From the IMG/VR virus record IMGVR_UViG_3300030330_003618, positions 1 through 62,996 of that record: DNA of 62,996 bases, one strand, 5' to 3'. The translations under genes and the position numbers were made by a program. The notes under the pieces were generated by a model, which saw nothing but the letters and a program-made list of their open reading frames with translations, had not been told where the DNA came from and did not search any database. Source of the DNA: a virus. Taxonomy: Duplodnaviria > Caudoviricetes. This document shows positions 55,655 through 62,996 of the stretch, piece after piece (position 1 is the first letter of the stretch; every line of letters begins with the position of its first letter).

Positions 55655-57298
55655 TTATGCTGTTAAAGTTACTTTTGCCCCCCATAAGTATACAGCACTA
55701 CCTCCTAAAGCTACTTTTATCCATAAATCCTGAGCTGCACCTCCAGCTATTGAATTACCTCCTAAAGATATGTCGGTGTTTGTATCTCCACTGGTTGTTG
55801 TTACAGCATTATCTGCTCCAGTATTATAATTGTAAGCACCAACAGTTACCGCACTAGAAACAGTAGCACTTGTATAAACATGAACACTTGTTACTGTGTG
55901 ACCAAAAGGAATCTCAACATGAGCATACAACTCATCATTACCATCGAACTGATGAACACCCAACTTATTAGTTTGTTGATCCGCAACAAATACAGGTCTT
56001 CCTGAATCTCCATTAGGGATAAACCTATCAGGCATAACTTTTAGAAAAGCTTGTTGAACCACCACTCTACCTGAACACTCCATTAGAGCAGCTGAGTTTG
56101 CACCTTGTTCAAAAGTTATCGCTGCGGAAGCATCTAAAGTTATAGCACCATCAGCTTCAATCTCAATATGACCAGCAGCAGCAGCTGTGTCAAGAGTGCT
56201 AATCTTAGTAGAACCATGCTCAAACACCTCAATAGCGAAGTAGTCAAGGCTGGTAGCTCCACCTGCTTCAAATATTTGAAATATAGAACTATTATCTCCC
56301 GATGCCGCAACGCCTAGTGTTGCAATAGTGCCCAGAGAATTTAAAGATGTTCCAGATGCTCCAGGATTTGCAGCTTTAAAAGTAATAGCCCCTGGCATTC
56401 CAGATCCAGTTGACTGTCCCGCAGATAAAAATAATATTCCTCCAGGGTCATTCGTTTGACCAGCAGTAGCATTTCCTCCTTGCACCTCTAGTCCACCACC
56501 ACCACCATCAGAGTGAGGTAGTTTTGATATTGTATAAATACTTGCATCGTCACCACCAACAAAGATATCTGATCCAGCAGGATCTATATACATATCTCCA
56601 TCAATAACAAATTTTAAATGAGCGTTTGTTGCATCTGCATCCACTGTAGTTATTGTTGTCTCTCCATTAACCCCTGTTTGTAAAGTAAAGTAATCATTTG
56701 GATCAGTAGAACTTTGAAGATAGAAGTCGTATCCCCCATCTGTAACCTGCTGAAATAAACCATATGTTGTTCCTGCTGTACCACCTGTTAATGTGTTTTT
56801 TATACCATACTGTTCATCACCACCATTCAATGACTGTAAAAGACCGAACTGCTTAGTAGTTCCTGTAGCGTTGGAGTGTGTTAATGTATTTTGTATACCC
56901 CACATTAAAGATGCTCCACTAGCATGATTTGTTGCTGAATCATTACAGGTAACAATAATAGCTTTACCGTTATAAACTTGACCACTTCCTGTAACACCTG
57001 TTTTATCTAGATCTATCGTTAAAGCTTGATTAGCTAAACTAGCTGTTGAAGAAGTGTTCAGGATTACATTCATGGCATTAGCCGAAGTGAGAGAGTTAGC
57101 AGTTAATTTAAAAACATCAGCAGTGGTGTTTGAAGCTACTAATTCCATCAATAACTGATCAGTATCTTGATTTGTAATGGTTGCAGTTGCTTCCCCTAAA
57201 GAAGCTGAACTTTTTATTTTTAATTTTCCCCAATTTTTTGCTGAGGTTCCAAGACCTCCTTCGGTGTCGGCTCTAGGGACTACATTTGGTGTTGCCAT
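55655..57298 (-). CDS. Tail fibre protein
   Basis: VPRAD.EG.LG..K.W; two DYF....G.T.I.T.D repeats; Gly/Ala/Thr-rich. Confidence 0.75.
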   Translation of the reverse strand: MATPNVVPRADTEGGLGTSAKNWGKLKIKSSASLGEATATITNQDTDQLLMELVASNTTADVFKLTANSLTSANAMNVILNTSSTASLANQALTIDLDKTGVTGSGQVYNGKAIIVTCNDSATNHASGASLMWGIQNTLTHSNATGTTKQFGLLQSLNGGDEQYGIKNTLTGGTAGTTYGLFQQVTDGGYDFYLQSSTDPNDYFTLQTGVNGETTITTVDADATNAHLKFVIDGDMYIDPAGSDIFVGGDDASIYTISKLPHSDGGGGGLEVQGGNATAGQTNDPGGILFLSAGQSTGSGMPGAITFKAANPGASGTSLNSLGTIATLGVAASGDNSSIFQIFEAGGATSLDYFAIEVFEHGSTKISTLDTAAAAGHIEIEADGAITLDASAAITFEQGANSAALMECSGRVVVQQAFLKVMPDRFIPNGDSGRPVFVADQQTNKLGVHQFDGNDELYAHVEIPFGHTVTSVHVYTSATVSSAVTVGAYNYNTGADNAVTTTSGDTNTDISLGGNSIAGGAAQDLWIKVALGGSAVYLWGAKVTLTA

Positions 57299-57329
57299 AT
57301 TATTTCTTTTTTCTTTATATTATTTATAT

Positions 57330-57680
57330 TTAACCTTCACTATTGTAAGGGTTAGGGAATACCGCTGGATCTATAGGTTGAACATCTCCACTAGCGTCTA
57401 CATTCCAATAACCCTCATCATACGTTTCTTCTAATTCATCATCAGGATCAGTAGGGGTATAATCATATAAACCATTTACTAATCCAGTAGCTGTATCTAA
57501 ATCCCAGGTATCATTAAAATCATACAAGGTTGGTATAGGTGTCACTGCATCATATGTACTTCCAGATCCAGTTGAGGTTGTTCCCACCCACATGTAATCT
57601 TCTATGACTACTGCTGTAGAAGAGGATCCAGCACCCGCTAAATCTCCAAAGATTAATGAAATTCCCAACCCTAACGCCAT
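57330..57680 (-). CDS. Small acidic structural protein
   Basis: MALGLGISL start; WxxDxxG..P repeats. Confidence 0.6.
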   Translation of the reverse strand: MALGLGISLIFGDLAGAGSSSTAVVIEDYMWVGTTSTGSGSTYDAVTPIPTLYDFNDTWDLDTATGLVNGLYDYTPTDPDDELEETYDEGYWNVDASGDVQPIDPAVFPNPYNSEG

Positions 57681-57691
57681 ATTTTAATTTT

Positions 57692-58057
57692 TTAATGTGT
57701 TGGGCCAAAGTAAACTATCATCCCTCCATCAGCATCACCACTAGCCATCATAAGAGCTTTCCATCGTCCATAAATAGTCAACCCTTTAGGGAATATTGTG
57801 TTAATTGTAACTAGATCTCCACCAGACCCTTCACTTCCTGTACCTGATGAATGAGCAGCGTTACTCATATTAAAGAATATTCTTGTGCCAGCATCAGACT
57901 CGTAAGCTTGCATCGCCTGTAGAGTTGTGTCCGCCATAAATGTAATTGCACATATAATTCTATCTGCTGGAGGTTGAACAAGATCTGTTCCATTTACAAA
58001 TGCTGATCCATACTGACCTAACGTTACCTCTTGTGCTTTTGTTCCTGATAATGCCAT
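57692..58057 (-). CDS. Structural protein (FPKGLTIYGRW motif)
   Basis: First gene of the tail-fibre operon. Confidence 0.65.
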   Translation of the reverse strand: MALSGTKAQEVTLGQYGSAFVNGTDLVQPPADRIICAITFMADTTLQAMQAYESDAGTRIFFNMSNAAHSSGTGSEGSGGDLVTINTIFPKGLTIYGRWKALMMASGDADGGMIVYFGPTH

Positions 58058-58083
58058 GTTATATTATTTTTAATTGTTCCGTA

Positions 58084-58130
58084 CAAATATAGTAATTAAT
58101 TCCAAATATAAGAAATATTTAGTATATTTG
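58084..58130. promoter_or_regulatory. Divergent promoters: TATATTTG on - (58084-58091, 58103-58110) and on + (58123-58130)
   Basis: TAnnTTTG on both strands between divergent genes. Confidence 0.65.
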
Positions 58131-58155
58131 CTTTAGTTTAATTAAATTTACCATA

Positions 58156-58479
58156 TTGGACAGGGATAATTATCTAAAATATTACAGAAATGTTCTATTT
58201 GATTTTAGAGATAAATACAGCCTTAAAGTGTCAGATATAGAGTTTTTATTCTTTGTTTACGATAGAGATTACTTTACAGGTTACACTATAGCTAAAGATT
58301 ATAGGTGCTCAAATAGCTTTATAACAAGAAACCTTCCAAAATTAATGAATAAGGGGTATGTGACTATATATCTTGAGAAGGCACACAATAGAGCTAGGAG
58401 ATATATGATATCCCAAAGAGGAAAAATATTAGTTACTAAATTTTATAAAAAACTAAAAGAATATAACTATGGCTTATAG
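58156..58479 (+). CDS. MarR-like winged-helix DNA-binding protein (TTG start)
   Basis: LKVSDIEFL..ITRNLPKLMNKGYV..RRYMISQRGK. Confidence 0.75.
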   Translation: MDRDNYLKYYRNVLFDFRDKYSLKVSDIEFLFFVYDRDYFTGYTIAKDYRCSNSFITRNLPKLMNKGYVTIYLEKAHNRARRYMISQRGKILVTKFYKKLKEYNYGL

Positions 58480-61072
58480 TAAAAAAAAGAAAAGGTATAA
58501 ACTAAATAAAGGTAAAAAAGTAAGAAAAGCACAAGATGGATTAACTGATGTAGTAGATGCTGTTACTGATTTTGCTGGTAATTTTGGTGGTGGAGAAGGT
58601 ATTCCACTAGAGGATGTGTGGTCTGGTGTTGTTGATACTGTTACAAACTTAAACTTAGGAAATATTAATTTACCCTCAATAGGTGGTTCTGGAGGATCTA
58701 GGGGAGGAGTTTCGGAAGGTGGCAGTAGTGATAAAGCTCCATCTAGTAAAACCAACAAGCCTTCTTTTTTTAATCGTGGATATGCTAATTTGTCAACAGA
58801 TGAACTAAGAGATGCTTATGGTAAGCACTATGATTTTGGTAGAATGGTGGACATGATTGATCATGAAAAAAACCCTAGTGCAAATAGATTTAAAACTGGA
58901 AGACATCATAAGTGGTCTCAGTTATTTCACACCCCAGAAAATGTTAATTTTGACTACACAGATGGGAAAGGAAGAAAAGTCGGAGCAGCAACAAACACAC
59001 ACCCCGCCAACCTTTCTGCTATATTAATGGATGTAGCTCAAAAGGACCCTGAAGCTATAAAATGGTTAATGACAAATAGCCATCAATATGCACCCAGAAA
59101 AGCTGGCACAAACCTAAATAAAAAGTATAATCTTGAAAGGGGAGCTATATCAAGTAAGGATAGAAGATTTATGAAGGGAATTGATGAAGATCAAGTGAAA
59201 AGAGAGTATGAAAAACTTGACTTAATGAAGCAGGGTAAGAGGTATGGTAAATATAGAGGTCACGCTTATGATGTAGATATGATGAATCAATTACTTGGAC
59301 CATACCTACCTAAAGGGTTTAATGACGGAAAAGGTATAGATAGTCAAATAGCTGATTTAATGCATGACGCTGTAGATAATAAAATGTGGACTGACGCTAT
59401 GGCTTCTATGCATCCTGATATTTTTGACCCAGGTGTTGTAGGTGTAGATGATAAAGGTAGGTTCGGAGCTTATCAAACAAGAAGAAACCCTGGTGAAGGA
59501 ATGGATCAGTTTATTAACGCTCCTTTAAATTACCAATATAACATGGAGGCATCTGGTTTGGACCCGAATCGAAAGCCTAGTCAAGACTGGCTAAGAGTAC
59601 AGTATATGTCTAACCAAGGTGCTAAAGATGGAGTGGGTGGTTATAATAAAGACCAGATTGCACAAATGCTAATGCAAGATGAAGAGTTTTTAGCAAAACA
59701 TAATTTAAACAGAGGTGAGTTAAGAGATTCTGGGCTTGGTTATAAACAGACAACTGGAGACTTATACAGGTTCGGTGTTACATGGGATGATAAGAATAAA
59801 AAATGGTATTCTGAAGGAACGAAAGATTGGTTAACTCCAGAGCAAGCTGAAAAATGGACGAGTGCTATTGCTAATAAGTATATAGACGAATCTGGATGGC
59901 AGCAGTATAACCCAACTAGCGAATTAGACCCTGTCAATATAGGAACTGTACCTTCTAACAAAATAGATGAAAAAATAAGTAAACCTACTGGTCCTTTGTC
60001 TTTTAATGAGGCTGACTCAGATGTTGGTGATGATATAAATGAAATTCAAGATGGTTCGGTTGAGGTGGGTACAATAACTGGAGGTTATGAACTAGATTCC
60101 GAAGGAAATAGAGTTCGAGTTCCATCTGCAAGGTCACGTGCTGCATCTGGAGGGTCTCGTCAAAAGAAATCTATGGATGCTATTTTAGATTCTGTAACAA
60201 GTGGGACACACGTAACAACTGGGGAAGATTATAATGAAGCTGATTTAAAGAGAGACGCTGCTATTATAAAAAGAGAGTTCGGTAATGATGCTTACGATGA
60301 TTTAATGAATCAGTTAATGAGTGTAGATACAGTAGAGCCTGGATCTGAACAATCTGTTATTGATGAAAGAGAAACAGGAGATAGAGATAGAGATAGGGGG
60401 GTATCCTTAAATAAAATAAATTTAGTGGCAGATCAAATAGAAGAGGAGGAGGATGATGATGAGTTGTCTTACTCAGAACAGGTTCGTCAAATGGCTTATG
60501 GAGATGATAATGAAGATGATGAAGAAGAAGAAGAAGAACTGGAAGATCAAGAAGAAGGAGCTGATTATAGTGGAGCCTCTAGTGGATTTGCTGGTGATTC
60601 AGGAACTGGTGGTAAATATAGTGGTGGTGACCCATATTCATTCTTCCCTAAAATGATGAGTGCTGAGGAAATGCAAAGAATGATGGCACTGGGTGAGACT
60701 CCTACATATAAACATGGAGGGTTTGGTAAAAATTTCAGCATGGATAAAATGAGATTTAATAAAGGAGGTAAAACTTATGCCTCAGATGTTGCTGGACACT
60801 TTGCTCCTAGAGGTAGAGGAGGTATTTCAGGGCAATTTAAACTACCTACATTTTATGAGAGTAATAGGGAAATGGATCCTATTAAAGGGGGAGAGGTTTA
60901 TTTGAATGCAAAAATACTTAGATTAGATAGTGAATTAGGTAAGTTGGATCCAAATGATCCTGCAAACAAAGAAGCTATAGCTGCTTTACAGCAAGAGATT
61001 TTAGATAGTCAAGCAGAATTAGCTGCGGTAAAACAAGGAATTGGCACAACAAAAAATATGCCTCCTGCATAA
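58469..61072 (+). CDS. Large hypothetical protein (867 aa; basic N-terminus, acidic tract), possible internal virion protein
   Basis: ORF track; KAQDG, YKHGG and FNKGG motifs. Confidence 0.8.
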   Translation: MAYSKKKKRYKLNKGKKVRKAQDGLTDVVDAVTDFAGNFGGGEGIPLEDVWSGVVDTVTNLNLGNINLPSIGGSGGSRGGVSEGGSSDKAPSSKTNKPSFFNRGYANLSTDELRDAYGKHYDFGRMVDMIDHEKNPSANRFKTGRHHKWSQLFHTPENVNFDYTDGKGRKVGAATNTHPANLSAILMDVAQKDPEAIKWLMTNSHQYAPRKAGTNLNKKYNLERGAISSKDRRFMKGIDEDQVKREYEKLDLMKQGKRYGKYRGHAYDVDMMNQLLGPYLPKGFNDGKGIDSQIADLMHDAVDNKMWTDAMASMHPDIFDPGVVGVDDKGRFGAYQTRRNPGEGMDQFINAPLNYQYNMEASGLDPNRKPSQDWLRVQYMSNQGAKDGVGGYNKDQIAQMLMQDEEFLAKHNLNRGELRDSGLGYKQTTGDLYRFGVTWDDKNKKWYSEGTKDWLTPEQAEKWTSAIANKYIDESGWQQYNPTSELDPVNIGTVPSNKIDEKISKPTGPLSFNEADSDVGDDINEIQDGSVEVGTITGGYELDSEGNRVRVPSARSRAASGGSRQKKSMDAILDSVTSGTHVTTGEDYNEADLKRDAAIIKREFGNDAYDDLMNQLMSVDTVEPGSEQSVIDERETGDRDRDRGVSLNKINLVADQIEEEEDDDELSYSEQVRQMAYGDDNEDDEEEEEELEDQEEGADYSGASSGFAGDSGTGGKYSGGDPYSFFPKMMSAEEMQRMMALGETPTYKHGGFGKNFSMDKMRFNKGGKTYASDVAGHFAPRGRGGISGQFKLPTFYESNREMDPIKGGEVYLNAKILRLDSELGKLDPNDPANKEAIAALQQEILDSQAELAAVKQGIGTTKNMPPA

Positions 61073-61083
61073 AATTAAAATAC

Positions 61084-61551
61084 ATGAGTGAAACAATGAT
61101 GATTATTATAGAGCCTGTGAGCTCGCACTCCAAAGAAATGTCCAGTAATGGTCAAGGTGGAGAAATGGATGTAATGGGTTATCAAACTCAAAATTTTCAC
61201 GTATGCCCAGGGGCACAAGAATCTTTTAGTATGATGATCAAACAAGGCCATAGAGGTGAAGATGCTGAAGCTTTAGTCAACCTAGCTATGTTAGTAGATG
61301 AATATTTAGGTATGAAATCAAGTGCTATGGAGTCAGGCTCAAGCCCAGACCTTATCAAAAGCATGATAGACATGGGTAATAATGCTATGTTTCATTTAGG
61401 ATCTTTTGCTAATAAATTAGGTGATGAATCTATGATTCAGTTATTTGACTTTATGCCTGGACACGTTCTACATGCTATGGGTGTTAATGATGAACCTATA
61501 TCATTAGAAGATCAAGAGTATGATGACGATATGGACGAGGGGTCTTGTTAA
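61084..61551 (+). CDS. Hypothetical acidic, Met-rich protein (155 aa)
   Basis: ORF track. Confidence 0.75.
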   Translation: MSETMMIIIEPVSSHSKEMSSNGQGGEMDVMGYQTQNFHVCPGAQESFSMMIKQGHRGEDAEALVNLAMLVDEYLGMKSSAMESGSSPDLIKSMIDMGNNAMFHLGSFANKLGDESMIQLFDFMPGHVLHAMGVNDEPISLEDQEYDDDMDEGSC

Positions 61552-61931
61552 TCCCTTACTTTAGATCTATTCTTTCTATATTCACGCCTAGCGGCTTTAC
61601 AACCTTCACAACGACATCCTTTTCTATACGCTGTAGTTGACGGACATGGAGCCCCTTCTTTCTGCCTAGCAGCAGCATAATTACAAGAAGAGTGTGAGAA
61701 CGCTATATTATCCATATCAAAAAAGTTTTTAGCTGGATCATCAGAATCTAACCAAGGAGTCTTATGCTCTACAGTCATTCTTCCAGCGTGCTTTATCTCA
61801 GCTCCACACTGATAACACCAGTTAATTTTAAGCTTTTTAGCTAAACTGAATAATAATAGTTTTTTTAGTCTGTTTGATGCGGTGCTGGGATTCATCCCTA
61901 GCTGTTTAGTTTTTTTAGTTTTAATGCACAT
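61548..61931 (-). CDS. HNH endonuclease with extra C-terminal Cys cluster
   Basis: CYQCG..VEHKTP..NIAFSHSSCN; CRCEGC. Confidence 0.8.
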   Translation of the reverse strand: MCIKTKKTKQLGMNPSTASNRLKKLLLFSLAKKLKINWCYQCGAEIKHAGRMTVEHKTPWLDSDDPAKNFFDMDNIAFSHSSCNYAAARQKEGAPCPSTTAYRKGCRCEGCKAARREYRKNRSKVRD

Positions 61932-62176
61932 TACCTTTTACGTTTGTTAAGCTTTGTTCCCCTAGCTCTACGATCACCAGGAGTTCTAGTGCCATTACCC
62001 CTATTCTTAGAAGGGTTTTCCATAATCACAGAACCATCAGCCATGTGAGAAACGTCTTTACCACCCTTACCATATATCTTTTTCTTTCTACGGATCTTGT
62101 TAAGTGTGGCACGCTTTTTCTTAGCCTTAGGGTTCTTATGAAACTTTTCGTATTCCTTTTTGTAATTTCTTGACAT
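61931..62176 (-). CDS. Small basic HNH-like protein (MSRNYKKEY...; start moved to ATG 62176)
   Basis: RNYKKEY..GKDVSH..NPSKNRG motif. Confidence 0.7.
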   Translation of the reverse strand: MSRNYKKEYEKFHKNPKAKKKRATLNKIRRKKKIYGKGGKDVSHMADGSVIMENPSKNRGNGTRTPGDRRARGTKLNKRKR

Positions 62177-62180
62177 AGGG

Positions 62181-62188
62181 CAAATATA
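62181..62188 (-). promoter_or_regulatory. -7 element TATATTTG, 4 nt before ATG 62176
   Basis: TAnnTTTG consensus. Confidence 0.6.
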
Positions 62189-62707
62189 TAAAAAAAATGT
62201 GAGATAAGTATAGGTTTGGGATAATAATGTAATGTAACAGGTGTGCAACCGATACCGAAACCGATATTTTTTAGGGGGGTAGGTCTATATATCTATGCAA
62301 GTACGATTTGAAACGTCGATTTTTGATAACTATTATCTAAATACATACATATAATATACACCTCTACCCATACCCAAAATATATATATACATATATACAC
62401 ATACCCGAAGTCCATTTGTGTTTTGTTTTGATTGTTTGGTGAGCGGATCCGAGCCGTTAACTATGTTTGTGTGAAGTGTGCGGAGCTAGGAGCTAACTAC
62501 CCTACCAATTTAATACATAATCCATCTAACATACTGAAATCAAATTTAAGGCACATTTTCTTACGTTTAAGAAACTTTCTATCTATTGTGAAGCTCTACT
62601 ATTAAAAACTCTTGTTTCGCCATTAGAATCAATCTACCTCTGGTACCTCATATAGATATTTTTTTTAAACTTTTTTCCTCGAGAGAATGAAAATAATTTG
62701 CATTTTA

Positions 62708-62740
62708 TTTGGATATATGAAACCTTTTTATATATCTTTG
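62708..62740 (+). promoter_or_regulatory. Main early promoter TTTG-N21-TATCTTTG
   Basis: Perfect Bacteroidota -33/-7 consensus upstream of the first early ORF. Confidence 0.85.
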
Positions 62741-62788
62741 CTAAAGATGACACACACAAGGTATGTCAATAACTAAAACTATACAACT

Positions 62789-62968
62789 ATGAATAAAATT
62801 AAATGTAGAGAATATCAAGAAGCAAAGATATTATTGTTAAGGGACTTGAAGAAATTAGTAAGACACATTGAGAACGATAAAATGGAAACTAATCATATTC
62901 AAAGAGTACATCACACTTTAGAGGATAAAATAATAACAGATGAGTATTGGGATTATATCTGGGATTAA
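62789..62968 (+). CDS. First early gene (59 aa, MNKIKCREYQEAK...), not in track
   Basis: Translated by hand; AACTAAAACTATACAACTATG start context. Confidence 0.75.
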   Translation: MNKIKCREYQEAKILLLRDLKKLVRHIENDKMETNHIQRVHHTLEDKIITDEYWDYIWD

Positions 62969-62996
62969 ATAACAACTAACTAAATTACTAACTAAA
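62898..62996. repeat. Terminal direct repeat copy 2
   Basis: Identical to 1-99. Confidence 0.95.

Larger units (their letters stand above)
1..62996. mobile_element. Complete tailed bacteriophage genome (podovirus-type, Bacteroidota/Flavobacteriia host, crAss-like head-tail gene order)
   Basis: TerL-portal-scaffold-MCP-ring-tail stabiliser-ejection gene block; primase-helicase; Bacteroidota promoter motifs; 99-bp end overlap indicating circular assembly. Confidence 0.95.

Noticed and set aside
60430-60560. GAA/GAT-rich low-complexity tract as a DNA repeat element
   Set aside because: Explained by the poly-Asp/Glu coding of the 867-aa protein
62898-62996. 99-bp terminal repeat as a biological DTR
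   Set aside because: It begins in the middle of an ORF and its length equals a common assembler k-mer; best read as a circularisation overlap
1-62996. Stop-codon reassignment as in some crAss-like phages
   Set aside because: Long genes are intact in the standard bacterial code; TAG and TGA serve as normal stops; no suppressor tRNA was seen
1-62996. tRNA genes, integrase/att site, introns or inteins, diversity-generating retroelement
   Set aside because: No cloverleaf with a T-loop in intergenic gaps and no tyrosine/serine recombinase or reverse transcriptase motifs; TerL and helicase are uninterrupted (by-eye inspection only)

Overview
The window is an apparently complete, circularly assembled genome (62,897 bp unique; bases 1-99 are repeated at 62898-62996) of an AT-rich tailed phage with podovirus-type genes. 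The host is almost certainly a Bacteroidota/Flavobacteriia bacterium: promoters follow TTTG-N20-21-TAnnTTTG, starts are A-rich without Shine-Dalgarno, and one protein has a T9SS sorting tail. The + strand early region (62789 through the origin to ~6470) holds about 30 tiny ORFs joined by a repeated AACTAAAA..TATG motif and contains a complete type I hammerhead ribozyme (661-718). A + strand recombination/replication block follows: annealase, PD-(D/E)XK exonuclease, DnaA domain IV protein, SSB-like protein, T7 gp4/Twinkle primase-helicase, endonuclease I-like resolvase, a hidden ArfA-like ORF and a holin. The long - strand late block encodes tail fibres, tandem GroES, TerL, portal, scaffold, MCP, ring/tail-tube proteins, a 1654-aa tail stabiliser and three ejection proteins. 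The largest ejection protein (3843 aa) is polyvalent, with putative SAM-lyase, HhH-glycosylase-like, metal-binding and LPD38-like domains. The late block ends with a cell-envelope operon (beta-barrel, GH16, LDLa/T9SS cargo, exported thioredoxin fold), an SNase and a DUF5675 protein. A small inverted island (wHTH plus an 867-aa protein) and two HNH-type genes complete the map. I recognised no DNA polymerase, RNA polymerase, integrase, tRNA or CRISPR array. All family assignments are by-eye motif recognition, not database searches.
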